Shown here piece after piece: positions 1 through 14,029 of a DNA stretch of 64,000 nucleotides. The position numbers and the translations under genes are program-made. Source of the DNA: Octopus bimaculoides (taxonomy: Eukaryota); the NCBI RefSeq assembly GCF_001194135.2, contig NC_068984.1, positions 32,299,978 through 32,363,977 of the forward strand, given 5' to 3'. A model generated the notes under the pieces. The model was given only the letters and a program-made list of their open reading frames with translations. It searched no databases and was not told the DNA's origin. How positions within the stretch are numbered: the first letter of the stretch is position 1; every line of letters starts with the position of its first letter.

Positions 1-454
1 AACAACAACAATAATTATTAGCTAATTAATGTTAAGATTATGTCTCTGAATGTCAAAAGAGATTTTATATTCTCACTATTTGAACTCAGTGTAGCAAATA
101 AGATATCTTCAAAAATTCTTCGCAAAATCTTTGAATTTTGAATGAGGGGCGTGTTTTAATGTCTAAATCACACACACGCACGCGCGCTTGATAAGTAAAT
201 AAATATATAAAACCTGAAAAGTTCAAGCTAAAAGTTTTTGTTGAATAATTTTGGTGAAATGTGATGTGGATTGTTTTGATTAGAATGTTCCACAAAAGCA
301 ATGAAGTATATAATATCTGTGTCACTGATAGGACAAAGTTATTTCCTATCCATGTGTTGATGTACTTTTTAAGTGCATCAACACATACAATCTAATGTAC
401 ACAAGACATTTAGAACGCAAGGCAATATTTATGAACAATCGTATTGAAACCTGA

Positions 455-800
455 ATCATCGTCATCATGGGTTGGACGATTTGACTGAGGGCTAGCAAGC
501 CAGAAGCTTGCACCAGGCACCAATCTGATCTGGCAAAGTTTGTACAGCTGGATGCTCTTCCTAGCACCAACAACTCCAAGAGTGTAATGGGTGTTTTTTA
601 CGTGCCACGAGGAGGGCTAGTCAGGTGGTACTGGCATTGACCACGCTTGAACGGTGCTTTTAATGTGCCACCAGGACGGGACCAGTCAGCCAGCACTGGC
701 ATCAACCACACTCAAATGGTGCTTTTTATGTGCCACTGGCATGGGAGCCAGTCAGGCGGCACTGGCAGCAATCACGCTCGAATGGTGCTTTTTACATATA
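455..800 (-). mobile_element. RTE-like LINE 3' tail with ~65 bp tandem subrepeats
   Basis: CATCATGGGTTGGACG...CAGCTGGATGCTCTTCCTAGCACCAACAACTCC motif, shared with copies at 24130, 26700, 33810, 39020, 41780, 55050, 59460 and 63710. Confidence 0.75.
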
Positions 801-1325
801 TTTAAATGCTAAAATCATATATTCATGAAACTAAATTCAAATTTTACTTGAAAAATATCTACCAGTACATGCAAACAGCACATTCTAGAGCAAACATCAC
901 ATGCTAGATCAAACATCACATGCTACAGATTTAGTTAAAGCAATATGCATTCCATATTAGTTTTTAAGCCAGTTACTGCCTGTTGTGTGCAGCATTTAAT
1001 TCATTTATTCTGCCCCATTTATAGACATAGTCAACTGAAGATATTAAAAAATTTTCTATAGATATTTAGAAATCCATGTCAAGAGCCACAATGTAATAGT
1101 TGTCTAGATATTGAAAAGTATTTCAAACAATACATATAGATTTGTTTAAGATGAGAAGAAAATATATCAGTTCTGATGACAAATGCATAAATTTATTTAC
1201 CAAATAATCTCTATGATGTTATAGCTTTAAAACACATGACTTCGGATGCTGAATATGACAGATGTATTCTAGCCTATGTAACAGAATCTAAAAGTGTATA
1301 TGTGGCTCTCAACTTATTGAATAAC

Positions 1326-1510
1326 AAGAATATTCTTTTCTACTATAGGCACAAGGCCTGAAATTTGGAGGAGGGATACTTGATTTATCGACTCTGAAAG
1401 GATGAAAAGCAAAGTCAACCTCGGTGGAATTTGAACTCAGAATGTAAAGACGGACGAAATACTGCTAAGCATTTTGTCCAGCATGCTAACGATTCTGCCA
1501 GTTCACTGCC
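1326..1510 (-). mobile_element. SINE family A, degenerate copy
   Basis: GAAAGGATGAAAAGCAAAGTCAACCTCGGTGGAATTTGAACTCAGAA matches the 9671-9888 copy. Confidence 0.85.
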
Positions 1511-1880
1511 TTGAATAACAAGAATATCAATCTTTTAGAGAATGCACTTGCAGTGAGCTTTATTTTCTTCCTGCTAAACCCCAAGTCAAATTTCAAAGTT
1601 GTTCTAGTTGTGATCATCGCATTTTTCTTTTTTGTACACATAATGTATCTAGGGCTACAATATCCTATTTACTGTATTTTACTAAGAAAATAAGGTGCTG
1701 TTTAAGGGAGATTTAGCTATTGTTTGTAGCAGTTAGAATGTCCACATAAAAGATTGCAAATCAACAAATTTATATTTAGTTATAACTTCAAACTTTCCTC
1801 TTCATATTCCTTATTTAGTTTCCTTATATTTCTGTTTCATTTCTCAATGCCAGGCCACAAAAATCAGAAAATATACTAAC

Positions 1881-1989
1881 ATGAAAAAGGTTTCCCTCTT
1901 TTTGAAGAAGTCTAAACAAGAGATTGCTAGTGATCAAATATGGAGACTTTGCTCTCCAAGCTGCCATTCCCTCAGCTTTGAGAACAAAA
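1881..1989 (-). CDS. Candidate internal coding exon of an unidentified gene (x-FVLKAEGMAAWRAKSPYLITSNLLFRLLQKEGNLFH)
   Basis: Minus strand: T-rich tract ending TTTGACAG acceptor, 109 nt, GTTAGT donor. Only one frame is open (phase 2 to 0). Unique sequence, higher GC than its flanks. Confidence 0.55.
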
Positions 1990-2376
1990 CTGTCAAATAA
2001 ACAAAAATAAAATATTCTAAAAGTGTTAATGCTAAACATTAAATTTCTGCCAATGCAAATATCTCTGTCAGTTTATTGCTAAATCTCTGGTGTTAACACT
2101 ATTATCAGTTGCAATCAAATCTGCTACACAATTCTTTTATGACCTCTGTTAATAAGAGCAAATAGCTGCAAAGAAATCACTCACATAGCCATTTAGTTTA
2201 TGGCCAAACTTTCATATAAAATTAATGTAAGTTTCCACTAATTTGGTGCTATTTAAATAGTAATCACATAAATTAATAACCCTTGATATTTATTGTAATT
2301 AACAATAAAACAAAACTGGTTTGAATCCTATAACTTTGTACGGCTCATAATCATAAGCCAATTCTCATATATATAT

Positions 2377-2413
<37 letters not shown>

Positions 2414-2889
2414 TACATAACACTGATTCTAGATAGTAAACTTAGAAATCAATTTCCTCCTAACATATCCAAAACATTCACCATTGCAAAGTATTTTGAA
2501 GTTAAAGAAGAATTTTAAATAATTAGACATTTTATTTCTTAGATTTCTGACTTAATCGATCCTTTTAAACCTACCATAGGACACTATTTTCTCCTTGTTA
2601 TTATTTTTTTCTTTTTTTCAGGACTTAATTTCAGATGTGAAGGTTTGTAATTTGAAACTCTTGTATTAGAACTTCACTAATAGTTTGAATGGAAAAGAAA
2701 CATATAACCAGTTTAGATTTTAGAGGCTCAATTTCTAAATCTTTAGTTCAAATACTAATGATACAAAGTAGTAATTCTTGTTCGATCGTTCTAAGGAATG
2801 GAAAGTTGTCTTCTCTTCACTGGAAAGTAAAAAAAAAAAATGTTGTTAGCCTGACTGTTGGCATACCTACAATATCATCGTATTCTGTA

Positions 2890-2929
<40 letters not shown>

Positions 2930-4324
2930 TTACAGGGCCACTAACCGTGAAGTTCTTGTCATCTTCGGCAGCTTGGCTCACCAAAGTGTCAGGCGATGCT
3001 TGTGTCAGTACATGGCTTCTCCAACATCTTAGCCTTGCCATCTCCTATAGTAATGCTGCAAGCATTCTGGTTTATTTCAGTAGGTTTCGTTTAACCTTGT
3101 GGTGTGTGATCAATTGAAGCACTTGGTGTTGCATTAATGTTTTTATATTCTCTTTCTTTTCTTTTTATTATTTTACGCCTTTTCTTTTTTTTCAGCCATT
3201 TCATTTTCTTTGTTTTTCTTTTGTAAAAACCTTATATTATGTAACAAATTCATTACAATAACGAATAAACTAAGAAAAAAGAAGATCATAGATATGTTGC
3301 ATAATTTTTCATATATAAATTTTGGTAGTATTACTTTATTTATATTGTCATGCCCAACTGATTAGATTTATGTTGTAATCAACAAAGAATAATTCTCAGA
3401 AATGTATTATGATAATTTCAGAATTCCTCTTTACTCGTGAACTCATCAGCTTATTAAGCCATCATGTAGTCCACTATTTACTATCTCTATGAGATATCAC
3501 TTATGATCATACATTATTCAACATATATTTCACTGTGTTGTGTAATGAAATTTAAAATACATTAGTCCACCATAGGACTGAATTTAAATCCGTATGACAG
3601 ACACATATGCTTTAAAATTTGGAAAAGCCATTGTCGTTGCTAATTAGATTATCTGAACACCTAAAGTTTTATCACCCAAGACTGTACAATAAGAACAAAG
3701 ACAGCAGCTTCAACCACTCAATATAGGTTCTATCTTTTGACAATATGAATCTCATTAATCTATTTCTTTTTTAAAAATATCACCTAATATGGAATTGCAA
3801 ACATTTGCTTCAATAATTCAGTTGTATTGCAATATATATTAAAACATGACAGAATAAATTTTGAGGTAAATAAAAGTAATGGAATCAGAAATATATCAAA
3901 ATCAAGTATTTAAATCTGTTATGACAAGTATGAAAAGGCTGTGCTGTACTAAAAACAAAAAGCTGTATGGTTTTGTCATACAAACCACATCAATGTGGAC
4001 TATCTTGTAATATATAGTAAAGTGAAAGTTTAAAAAAAGTCTTTTAACATGATTTGTGTTTAGTTGGCTTTATTACTAATACTTGACTGTTTAGTTAATA
4101 TCAGAAGTTCGCACATTCTCTTTTAGGTATATTGTCATAATACTTTTAAATTCAAACAAACACATCTTTGCCCAGAATTGTAAACGCTAATCCCAATTTC
4201 AGCAACATGTTGTGGAGTCTACTTTGCATTATCTGCATACCATTAAATTTTGTTGAGGAGAAAAGCAAGAAAGGAATATCAAAGATACATAATTCATTGA
4301 AAAATAGATGGTGGAAATATTGGT

Positions 4325-4535
4325 TTCAAATTTTGACACAAGGCTAGCGAGTTTGAGGATGGGGGTTAGTTGATTACATTAATCCCAGTGTACAACTGGT
4401 ACTTATTTTATTGAACCTTACAAGAATGAAAGGCAAAGTTAACCTTAGCAGAATTTGAACTCAGAATGTAAAGACAGATGAAATGCTGTTAAGTGTTTTG
4501 CCTGGTGTGCTAATGCTTCTGCCTAATCACCACCA
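4325..4535 (-). mobile_element. SINE family A, degenerate copy
   Basis: ACTGGTACTTATTTTATTG...GAAAGGCAAAGTTAACC...GAATTTGAACTCAGAATG core. Confidence 0.85.
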
Positions 4536-5360
4536 TATAAGGGTTTGAAAAACTACTTCTTAATAAAGTTGATAAAAAATAAAGAAATGCATAAAATCCC
4601 ACTCATATTTTAACAAAATTTCAAATACGTTTACCATTTTAGAGGAATTTCTTACACTAAATTCAAGGCAAGAATGAAACTTATATAAGGTATTTTAAAA
4701 AATATGAAACGTTACACTTTGCATTTATGTATAAAAGCATTTCTTGAGGAATTTGAACCTTCACTAACAAAATTAAAGCAAAATTTTGCTTTTTACATTG
4801 TCATACTTTTTAAAGAAACTGATTTCATAATTCATTTAATGTTATTTACAAATATGAGACTACTCAAAGAAACTGATGGCAATTTTAAGCTATTAATTCA
4901 GTAAAAAATATGTGAGCTGAATTCCCTTTCAAAACAGATCAATGTGACCATAAATACCAGAAATGTAATTATTACTGATTAATTGACAAAACAGCAGTGT
5001 TTCTATAAATAGTCAAAGAAGGGTACATTAATTCTCTTTCATTGAACTTCTACCTATTTGTCAAATGTCAAAATAGTATATTTAAAGTTTTCATGAGAGG
5101 AAATTAATTATCTGCATATATGTCTATATACAAGCTGTTCAAGATACATCTTTTAATTATTGATGTGGGCATTGTATGTATGTATGTATGTACGTACGTA
5201 TGTATGTAGACAGATACATAGAAAGATAAAGGGAGAAGGAGGAACAGAGAAAGATGAGAGTGTTTGTACACAAACATACGCACACATCTCTTTCTCTACC
5301 TCTCATCTCTATTTTCATTCTCTCTCTCTNNNNNNNNNNATCTCTCTCTCTCTCTCTCTC

Positions 5361-5397
<37 letters not shown>

Positions 5398-5399
5398 TA

Positions 5400-5900
5400 G
5401 ATAGAGAAGCAATGAAAGTTAGGTGAGGAAAACTGGGTGAAGTGAATGACAGGGTTGAGAGCACGGTGGTGAGACAGGGCCTGTTTGTGTAAGCATTAGC
5501 AAAGAGGTTTTGAAATATCCTTTTTGCTGTGTTAGCTGAGTCTTCACAAACATAATGAAACACCAATCATCTCGATCCTTTGCATCTTTCCCGTAAGTTT
5601 CAGCACCTTGAGATCAACCTTCACTTCTTCATCATATAAATATGAATATGCTGATTGCTGATGTAGTTTAAATTCAGGAAACCCACATCTTCCTTCAGAT
5701 GTATGTTCATAATATGTGGTGATTCATTGATGTAAAGGGACATTGAGACACCATGGTATTTTTTGCTGCTTTGCTTGCATTTCCTGAATTATTCGCAGCA
5801 AATATCCACTTATAATTTCTTTGCTAATTGTGATCTTGTTAGATTCATTGATTCAGAGAAAGCTTTGACTGAGTAATGACATATTATCTAAAGAGAGCTG
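5400..5900 (-). mobile_element. Degenerate RTE-like LINE C-terminal fragment
   Basis: Minus-strand translation ...DAKDRDDWCFIMFVKTQLTQQK resembles the RTE ORF end (DRD-W...EKT). Many stops. Confidence 0.5.
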
Positions 5901-6040
5901 ATCTCCAATGGGGAAATACATTAGTGATCAATATATTCACGTTTGAATCTATCAGATCACGTTGGTAATACTTAAATACATTATTGTTTGTATTCTCACT
6001 GTTTTGTGTGCATCTCATGAACTTTATACATGCACACACA

Positions 6041-6098
<58 letters not shown>

Positions 6099-7207
6099 GA
6101 GTGAGAAAGAAAATCCTCAAAAATATATGTCAATGTAACATCATCAAGGCTATCCAAAATTAGTGAAATTCAAACTGAACATCTGAAATATTACTAGCTT
6201 ATAAACGCTAAAAAAAATAAGAGCACCTAAATCGAATTCATCCTATGACATTCTTTCATTCAACTATGATAACGGAAATGTTTTTTTTTATAAAAATAAG
6301 ATAAAAAATAGACATATTTAAGAAAAGTCATTTTTGTATTCAACAGTTGGTGACGTCAGTGGATAATGCAATAGTAAGAAAAAACAAACATAAGAATTCT
6401 ACATTATAACAATGAAAAATCTACAGAGAAATATAATCTAATAAATGCTATTTTTGTATACAACAATTAGTGATGTCATTGGATAAATAAAGAAAAAAAT
6501 TAAGATAATAATTCCACTTTAAAATTAATAGAAACTTAGATACTTTACATCACAACAATTAGTTATCTATTTAATCATTATACTAAACCTCTTATAAGAA
6601 TTAACATTACTATAGAATTAATAAAAAATTATGATTAAAAAGTGAAGTATTTGAACGTCTTTCTAAATTTATGGCAACATCTTATTGTAATGATTCCATT
6701 AAAATTCTAGAAAATTGATTTAGAAGTAATTATATAATACATTTCTTCAAGGCAAAGATCACATGTAGAATTACCAATATTGTACATATATATATAATAG
6801 AAGCTGAAAATGCACTAGGAGTTATTTAGATTTTGTATTTTTTAAAGACTTGACCGGTTTGATAGATTTCCATGATTTTCAAAAGTTGAGATAGATAGAT
6901 GAGGGTCTATGTTGCAACTGCCTCACTTCTCTAATAATTTTGATCCATTGACAGTTGCAGCATAGCTCTATGTTTCCCCATTTTGGCTTCTGAAAATCAA
7001 AACAAAAAATCTGTTAAATGAATAAAGTCTTTAGAAATAAAAAAATTTTAATGACTCCTAGGACATCTTNNNNNNNNNNNNNNNNNNNNNNNNNNNNNNN
7101 NNNNNNNNNNNNNNNNNNNNNNNNNNNNNNNNNNNNNNNNNNNNNNNNNNNNNNNNNNNNNNNNNNNNNNNNNNNNNNNNNNNNNNNNNNNNNNNNNNNN
7201 NNNNNNN

Positions 7208-7238
<31 letters not shown>

Positions 7239-7254
7239 ATATGTATGTATGTAC

Positions 7255-7990
7255 GTACGTGTGTATATGTATGCGGTGATATCAAAAGTGCCAGGACTAG
7301 CTCTATAGTGTGCCAAGTGACATCATTGTGCTTATTTTGCAAGTTGTCTAATTTGTGTTTTTGTTATCACATGTATGTTGTAGTCTGCAATATTGTCATG
7401 GACAGGAACAGAACCAATGTGAAATTTTTATTTAAACTTGGGAAGTCTTCTACAGAGTCATTAAGCATGCTTCAGGCTTCAGCAGCCTTATGGTGAGGAA
7501 GCAATGGGTCATACACAATGATGTGAATGGCATGGGCACTGCAAAAGTGGAAGAATGTCCTTGGAAGAGGATATGAGATCTGGAAGACCTACAACAGGCA
7601 TCAGCCCCAGAAATGTGGTATTATGCATTGAAAATACATCCTTCGAGGCCAAACCATCAATCAAGAGTTCTATTGTGACATTTTGAAGCATTTGAGAGAG
7701 GACATTTGGCCAAAGCGACCCGATCTGTGGAACATGAAGAAATGGATTCTTCACGATGACAATGCACTCTATCACCAAGCTGTCCTCCCTCATGCGTGAG
7801 TTTCTCATAAAAAAGAAAACATGTTATTGCTTCTGCACCTGCCCTATTCACAAGATTCAGTACCTATGGACTTCTATTTCTTTCCCAAGATGAAAATGCT
7901 GCCCAAACGTCGTTGTTTTAACACCATTGTTGCACAAGAAACTGCCTTCCAAGTCTTACGCATGTATGCAAACTTGGTCAAGGGATGCAC
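7255..7990 (+). mobile_element. Degenerate mariner (DD34D-type) transposon fragment
   Basis: Translations RTNVKFLFKLGKS (HTH), WILHDDNA and HLPYSQDSVPMDFYFFPKMK resemble the mariner LHHDNA and HPPYSPDLAPxDF motifs. Frameshifted. Confidence 0.85.
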
Positions 7991-8004
7991 TTTGACACTT
8001 GGTG

Positions 8005-8480
8005 GTTAAATGTTGTCGCCGAAGAGATATGATATGAAATTCAAAGGCATTGCGGATCAAAGTTAAGCCTCTGCCACCTTGTATTCATTTTAGGGAGAGG
8101 CGGTCTACATCACTGTTTATGTGGAAAGTATGTATGCTTGTTAGTATTTTTCAGGTTTTCACCTCAATGGCTCAAATTGTGGGCCACTGTTTTATTGAAT
8201 GCAGAGTTTTGAGGTCCAAAATTTTTTAATCAGCTGTAATACTCTTTAGTGACACGTGTTTTGTTACAGGTGCCATTGTAAGATATGTTTTCATCCACCC
8301 CTAGATACCTGTAACATTCCTCATCAGATATAGGGGATGCAGTCAAATCATTGATGGAGATGTTGCTAGTCTGGTTTATAGTTTTCCTTTTTTCACAACC
8401 ATATAAAAACATTTATCTTGACCAAACTCCAACTCCACATTCTCTAAATCGTTATTCTAAGTTTCTCATTTCCAATGGTC
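8005..8480 (-). mobile_element. R4/Dong-like non-LTR retrotransposon RT-thumb fragment
   Basis: Minus-strand CYRYLGVDENISYNG...KEYYS, then DVDRLSLK-IQGGRGL. YLG plus GGRGL are hallmark post-RT motifs. Clade assignment is inference. Confidence 0.7.
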
Positions 8481-9670
8481 ACCTGATTAAGAAAAACGGA
8501 TCTTAAGATATCCCAAGAAAGTGTTGGAATAACTAGACAAGGTTGATTTGATAAGGTGAAAACAAATCAATTGTTTTGGTTAACATTACAATTGTTTTCA
8601 ACAAATTAAGAGAAAAGACAGGAAAGGCAAATTTGGCAGTTAGAGAAGACAATATGAGAAGAAGAATAAAAATGTGCTTTGCCTGTCTCTAGGAAAAACA
8701 TAAATTAAATAAGACATGAAAAATGAATGAGTAACAAAAAGTTATAAACAAAAGAATGCTTAGTAACTGTGAAGAAAGAGAAAAAATATAATTTTAAGCT
8801 TTAAGCATGTGGATCTTAACATGCATGAAAAATAACTCAAGATACAAAGATATATGGAAAGGCAATCTCTAAAACATGTGGCAAGTGTGAGATCAAAGGG
8901 TTAAATCCAATTGCTGTAAATCATGAAAGGGATGTACTATTAAGAGGTAAATATTTAAAAGAAAACATTTAGTGGAATACCAACAGGATGCTAATATTTC
9001 TGATTTTTCATTTCATTCATGAGAAGTTTGAAATCAAATCAAAATATCTTCCCTTAGCATAGTTTACAATGCAGCTTCAAGTGGAAGGTTTCATTTTAAT
9101 AACCAATAAATAAATAAATAAAAGCATTTTAAACTTGAATTTTTTTCTGGGTGCTTGATAGTATGAATATCCTTGTAAAAGTGCATCATAAATTTATTTT
9201 CATAAATTCATGAAATTTTCATCAAATCATTTTCATCTAATTTTTTTTTTTTCCAAATGCCTTCCACTTAAAATAACTAATAATGAAGATGAGACACACT
9301 AAGCAGCAACGATAAAAGTACAGATTTGTACAGTGACCTTCCCTGTAGAAATTGATGCAGGAGAAATATTCTTCTTTAGACAATATGTATTTACAGACAT
9401 CACAGGGCTATGAATGATATCATCAGACTATCGGACATGTTTTTATTTTGTTATACGCCATCAGCATCAGACATGGATTTGTTGTTCATAGTCCAATAAG
9501 GAATGTGGTTTTCAAATTAGTGTGCCCCTATTTAATTAAGTCTTGATTGATAAAACTTTGCACAAATCAGTAAATTTATTATTTCTTAAAGTATAGAAAT
9601 GACTGTTCTTAGTGGAATCAGTGTCCACTGATGAAACATGAAAATGCATAAAAACAAATCCTACAATCTA

Positions 9671-9888
9671 TTTCTATTTCTTTACTGCCCACAAGGGGCT
9701 ACACACAGAGGGGACAAACAAGGACAGACAAACGGATTAAGTCGATTATATCGACCCCAGTGCGTAACTGGTACTTAATTTATCGACCCCGAAAGGATGA
9801 AAGGCAAAGTCGACCTCGGCGGAATTTGAACTCAGAACGCAGTGGCAGACGAAATACCGCTAAGCATTTCGCCCGGCGTGCTAACGAT
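9671..9888 (-). mobile_element. SINE family A, young copy with 12-bp target-site duplication
   Basis: CpG-rich, with B-box-like GAGTTCAAATTCC. Flanked by TCCTACAATCTA at 9659-9670 and 9889-9900. Confidence 0.93.
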
Positions 9889-11099
9889 TCCTACAATCTA
9901 ACAACATCATTCATAACCCAGTGGTTTTACAGATATTACTATTAAAGAGAATTTCTCTCCCATAACAGTTTCCACAGTAGAGATCACTTTATGTTTGAGT
10001 GTTCATGGACGTGTGAAATATAATTGTACACACCAATATTTTAAGCATCTCAAGTCAGTGTGCCTCAAAACAAAATTTTTCCCACAGGAAAAATTTATTA
10101 TTTATTGTTCAAATATTATAAACAAGATGGTTCTTAGAGAGCTATGGATAATACCCTACTTGCATTTTATGAAATCTATGGGCACCAAGCATCTTGCCTC
10201 CCAGAGTTCTACTACGTCAACAATTGCAGCAAAAATGAATGTCCTGTAAGCCAAGCAATTGTGATGAGAAATGTGTCCCTTATGTTTCTACCATGCAAAC
10301 AGAAAAAGCATGTTTCATCCATTGCTTGCAATTTTCTGCATACAACTAATGAAATGGGTGTCAGGATATATAAAGGAACTAGTAAAAAGTTACTAACTAT
10401 CATCAACTATGATGCAAATTAAATGTGCTCCATGCACTTGAGCAAATTCTAGAACAGAGAGGGAAAGACAAGACAGGTAAACTCCTTGCAATATGTGATG
10501 TTCATCAATGCTACACCCAGACATGAAATAGCCATGAATTTAGGAAAGTGCTACATGAAAGATTAAAATCAATGAAGCAGTAAAAACAGGTCTAGCCACC
10601 ATATTACTACTCTATAAGTCATGCTCATTTGTGAAAACAGCTTACTCTCAGAACAAGCGCTGACTGTTGTCAACTAATTGACAGATAAACTGCAAAACTA
10701 ATGGGATGCATGAAAGGGCAATTTATTAACACCACCATGACTAATATAGGAGAAATAGTCTATAATTTAAGTAAAAGAGTTGCAGAACACTGGCTAGAAT
10801 ACGATGAGAAGAAGCAAATATCCTTACTCTTTCAGCATACTGTATGTAACATAGCGTTTGAATAATAAATGCTGAAGTAAAACTTCTATGCTTAATCTAT
10901 TTTGCTTTGTTAATGTTATAGACTACGTTCACAAATGTTACAATATACTTAGCTAGGCATTCATTTATGTGGATTTAGAAATTTAATGCAAATTATGAGC
11001 TCTGATATAATTGGTTATTTGTCATGCATGTGAAGTGTAGCATGATGTACACATTTCCTAATACACATGCACACACATATATATGTATTCATTTATATA

Positions 11100-11365
11100 A
11101 ATAGGCACAGGCATTGCTGTGCACTAAAAAGTTTGCTTTCCAAGCACATGGTTCTGGGTTCAGTCCCACTGTATGGCACAATGGATAAATGTCTTCTACT
11201 ATAGTTTCAAACAGACCAGAGGCTTGTGAGTGGATTTGGTTGATGAAAACTGAAAAAGCTTGTCGTGTGTGCATGCCTGTTTGTGTGTGTGTAACTTTGT
11301 ATCTTTGTTTATCTCGCCATCATAGCCATAGTCTAAAGACTGAAACAAGTAAAAGAGAAAAGATA
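11100..11365 (+). mobile_element. SINE family B (tRNA-like head, internal GT microsatellite)
   Basis: Head ...CACATGGTTCTGGGTTCAGTCCCACTG and tail GACTGAAACAAGTAAAAGAG, shared with 14030, 26900 and 35530. Confidence 0.8.
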
Positions 11366-11599
11366 TACGTATACATGTAAGTATATGTATCCACATATGT
11401 ATCTCAAAAAGGATCAAAAGTCCTGCCAAATTCTGTGGTGTATATACTCCCACTCTGGACAGGACACTGGCCCATTGCAGGATACCCATTTCTTCAAGCA
11501 GAGTGGACTGGAGCAATATGAAACGGAGTGATTTACACAGAAACGCAATGCATCATCTGATCTCAGAATCAAAATTTTAATATTACAATCATAAGTGCA

Positions 11600-12560
11600 A
11601 CATCATGGCCATTAAGCCATACAGTTCCACACAGACATACATTTCTTTTAGTTCTTTTATTTTTGAATGTATTTCAGCCATGCAGTTGTGGTCATGCTGC
11701 GGCACCACTGTGACTTTCTACTCTTTCCACAGACCTCGATTTCTTCTTCCTGGTGGGATTCATATCGCCACTCTTTTATGTGCTTTTTCATTAGTTTTAG
11801 CTCATTGGGTGTACAAGGAATTTTGGTCAACACTGACCTCATTTGTACTTCATGCCAGAATATTGGTCCATCTAATATCATGAATAGTAGAGTATCCAAT
11901 TCTTTTTTAGAGATATCCATTGTGGAGGTTTCTTAATTGTTTTGGCAGAACATTGAAGAATTGTGGGTCTTTGAACCTCAAGCTATTTCAGTACCTGGTC
12001 CTCAGTTTAAATAGAATGGACAGTACATTTCATACTATGCGGTGACGTTCAGCATGAGCAGTGATACGTCCTTGCATAGTACATTATCAGTTTCCTTTTG
12101 ATGATTTGTTTCATGACTCTGCTAATATGTTAAGTCAGAAAGATGGGCATGTTCTGCTCCTGCCTTTTTGGAGACAATATATTATGCCTTTTTTTAGATG
12201 TTTTGAAATTTACCACTTGCAAAGAAACTCTGGAAATGCATCTGAAGTGATTTCACTAAAGTCTGCTAATATGACTTCAAGAGAACTGCTGGAAAACATT
12301 GGGACCAGTTACTAAGTTTAAATTAATTTCATCTTTTGCAACTGTTACACCAGATTTCTTAGTGTTGATATAATCAATCATGACTGCCTTTCACTGCAGA
12401 GCTCTGATGTCAAACAACTCAGCTGGATTACTTATTTGCATGTGTTACATGGGTGTGAAGATACTTTTAAATAGTTCTCTGATCATTTTACTTATTCTTT
12501 TGTAGATCACAATCAGTGAGCCATTCCTTTGGAACAATGGCCTTATTTTGTGCAGTACTG
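11600..12560 (-). mobile_element. Degenerate LINE (RTE-like) 3' fragment
   Basis: Minus-strand ...EVCGKSRKSQWCRSMTTTAWLK resembles the RTE C-terminus (GRxRKxW). Multiple stops. Confidence 0.5.
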
Positions 12561-14029
12561 TGGCTGTTTGTTTTGCAAATTTATAGAATTTTTTATGGTT
12601 AGTTTTATGCTTTTCACAATTCGGTTTTTTTCTCTCTCTCTCTCTCTCTTTCTCTCTCTATTCTCTTTCTTTTCATGAGAAAGTTTGATCCTGCTTTCAA
12701 TCTCCAGGAGTGTTCATCTTATGTTAGACTTTTTACCAACATCTTGTTGCTTACTGAGCAATTTTGAGAATTTTGTTCTGTGTCTTATAAGGATTTTTCT
12801 GTCTCTGGGGATTATACTTTTGGGTATTCTGGCCTTTTTTGTGAGGGAAACATGTTTTCTTTTTTCATATTCTTTTTTTTATTTTCTTAAGCTCATCCAC
12901 AAAGAAATATTTTACTTAACCATTCAACTGAAGTTTGCTTGCTGTCATTTTTATTAATTTTATTTTTCTAAATTCTTATTTCACCCACAAGAATATCTTC
13001 AAAGGTAGATTTGCAAGTGTTATTGCAGCTCCATTTCAAAATCATTTAGCATATCTTAGAAATTCCTGCTTAAAGATTGAAATATTAATACTTCTTGTTG
13101 CAGTTGTTACGAATAATAGTTTTGCAGGATTGAAATCAATTTATGATAACAAGTATATAACATTGCTAATCTGATGTTCTATGAATATTGTTGGGATTTG
13201 CATGTTGCTTCAACATAAACTACAGAGTTAATTTAATGAAACACATCATATGTTCCACAGTATATTAACAATATCAGTTAAATTGAAAGCTTCATGCTAT
13301 TGAAATTACTTGTAATTAGTAAGGAATGAAGTTATGATTTGTAAAGGGAATCATTTAGTAAGCAATGAAATTATTATTTGTTAGAGAATTTTGAATAAAT
13401 TGTCATATGACTTGTTATTCAAGCAAAGCATCTTTCAATAAATTTTTATTGAAAAATATGAGGCACACAAAATATAAATGAGAATAGCTTTCTGTCTACC
13501 TTAATATTATCTGCATATTTGATTTTGGGAGAAATATATTTAATTTCATACTTGACAGAAGGTAAAAGACTTAATCTGTTTACATGGAAAATTAGCACAG
13601 CTGTTTAAGTAGTGACAGAATGATTTGTAGTAATTGATCTAAGTATTTATACTGTGAGTTCAAATTCTATTGTAATCAGATTTGCCTTTCATACTTTAGA
13701 GTCTAAAGGAGTGAACGTGGAACTGTAAGAAAATATCAAATACTTTGTGATATTTGTTCCAGCTCTTCGCATTCTTAGTTCAAATCAGACTAGCAGTTTT
13801 AATCCATTGTCTGGTTCAATGCTACCACATGGTAACCATATATATCTTTTAGGAAGTCTATCTGTTGTAAGAATTCTGCCGAGTTTCAAGTTTGAAGATA
13901 ACTTCTCTCTTCCTTTCAATTAATCTCAAAGACTTTCAAACAAGTCTTCCCTTTTCACTAAAAAGAACATTAAAAATGAAAACAGCTGTAAATGAATTGA
14001 AATGTATCTGGAAAAATCAATGTTTTTAG

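Noticed and set aside
590-800. Regular repeat array that might resemble CRISPR
   Set aside because: The whole unit is repeated with no unique spacers, it lies in a LINE tail, and the context is eukaryotic.
3400-3460. CTGATGA...GAAA on the minus strand
   Set aside because: Stem II and stem I do not pair properly.
6927-6989. Strong minus acceptor with a GTGAGG donor 63 nt later
   Set aside because: The phase-1 frame needed to link neighbouring exons hits TAG. The phase-0 frame does not fit. Unsupported without RNA data.
10000-10750. Cys-rich degenerate frames suggesting an old transposase (also 29100-29750 and 51960-53060)
   Set aside because: No family motif could be recognised with confidence.
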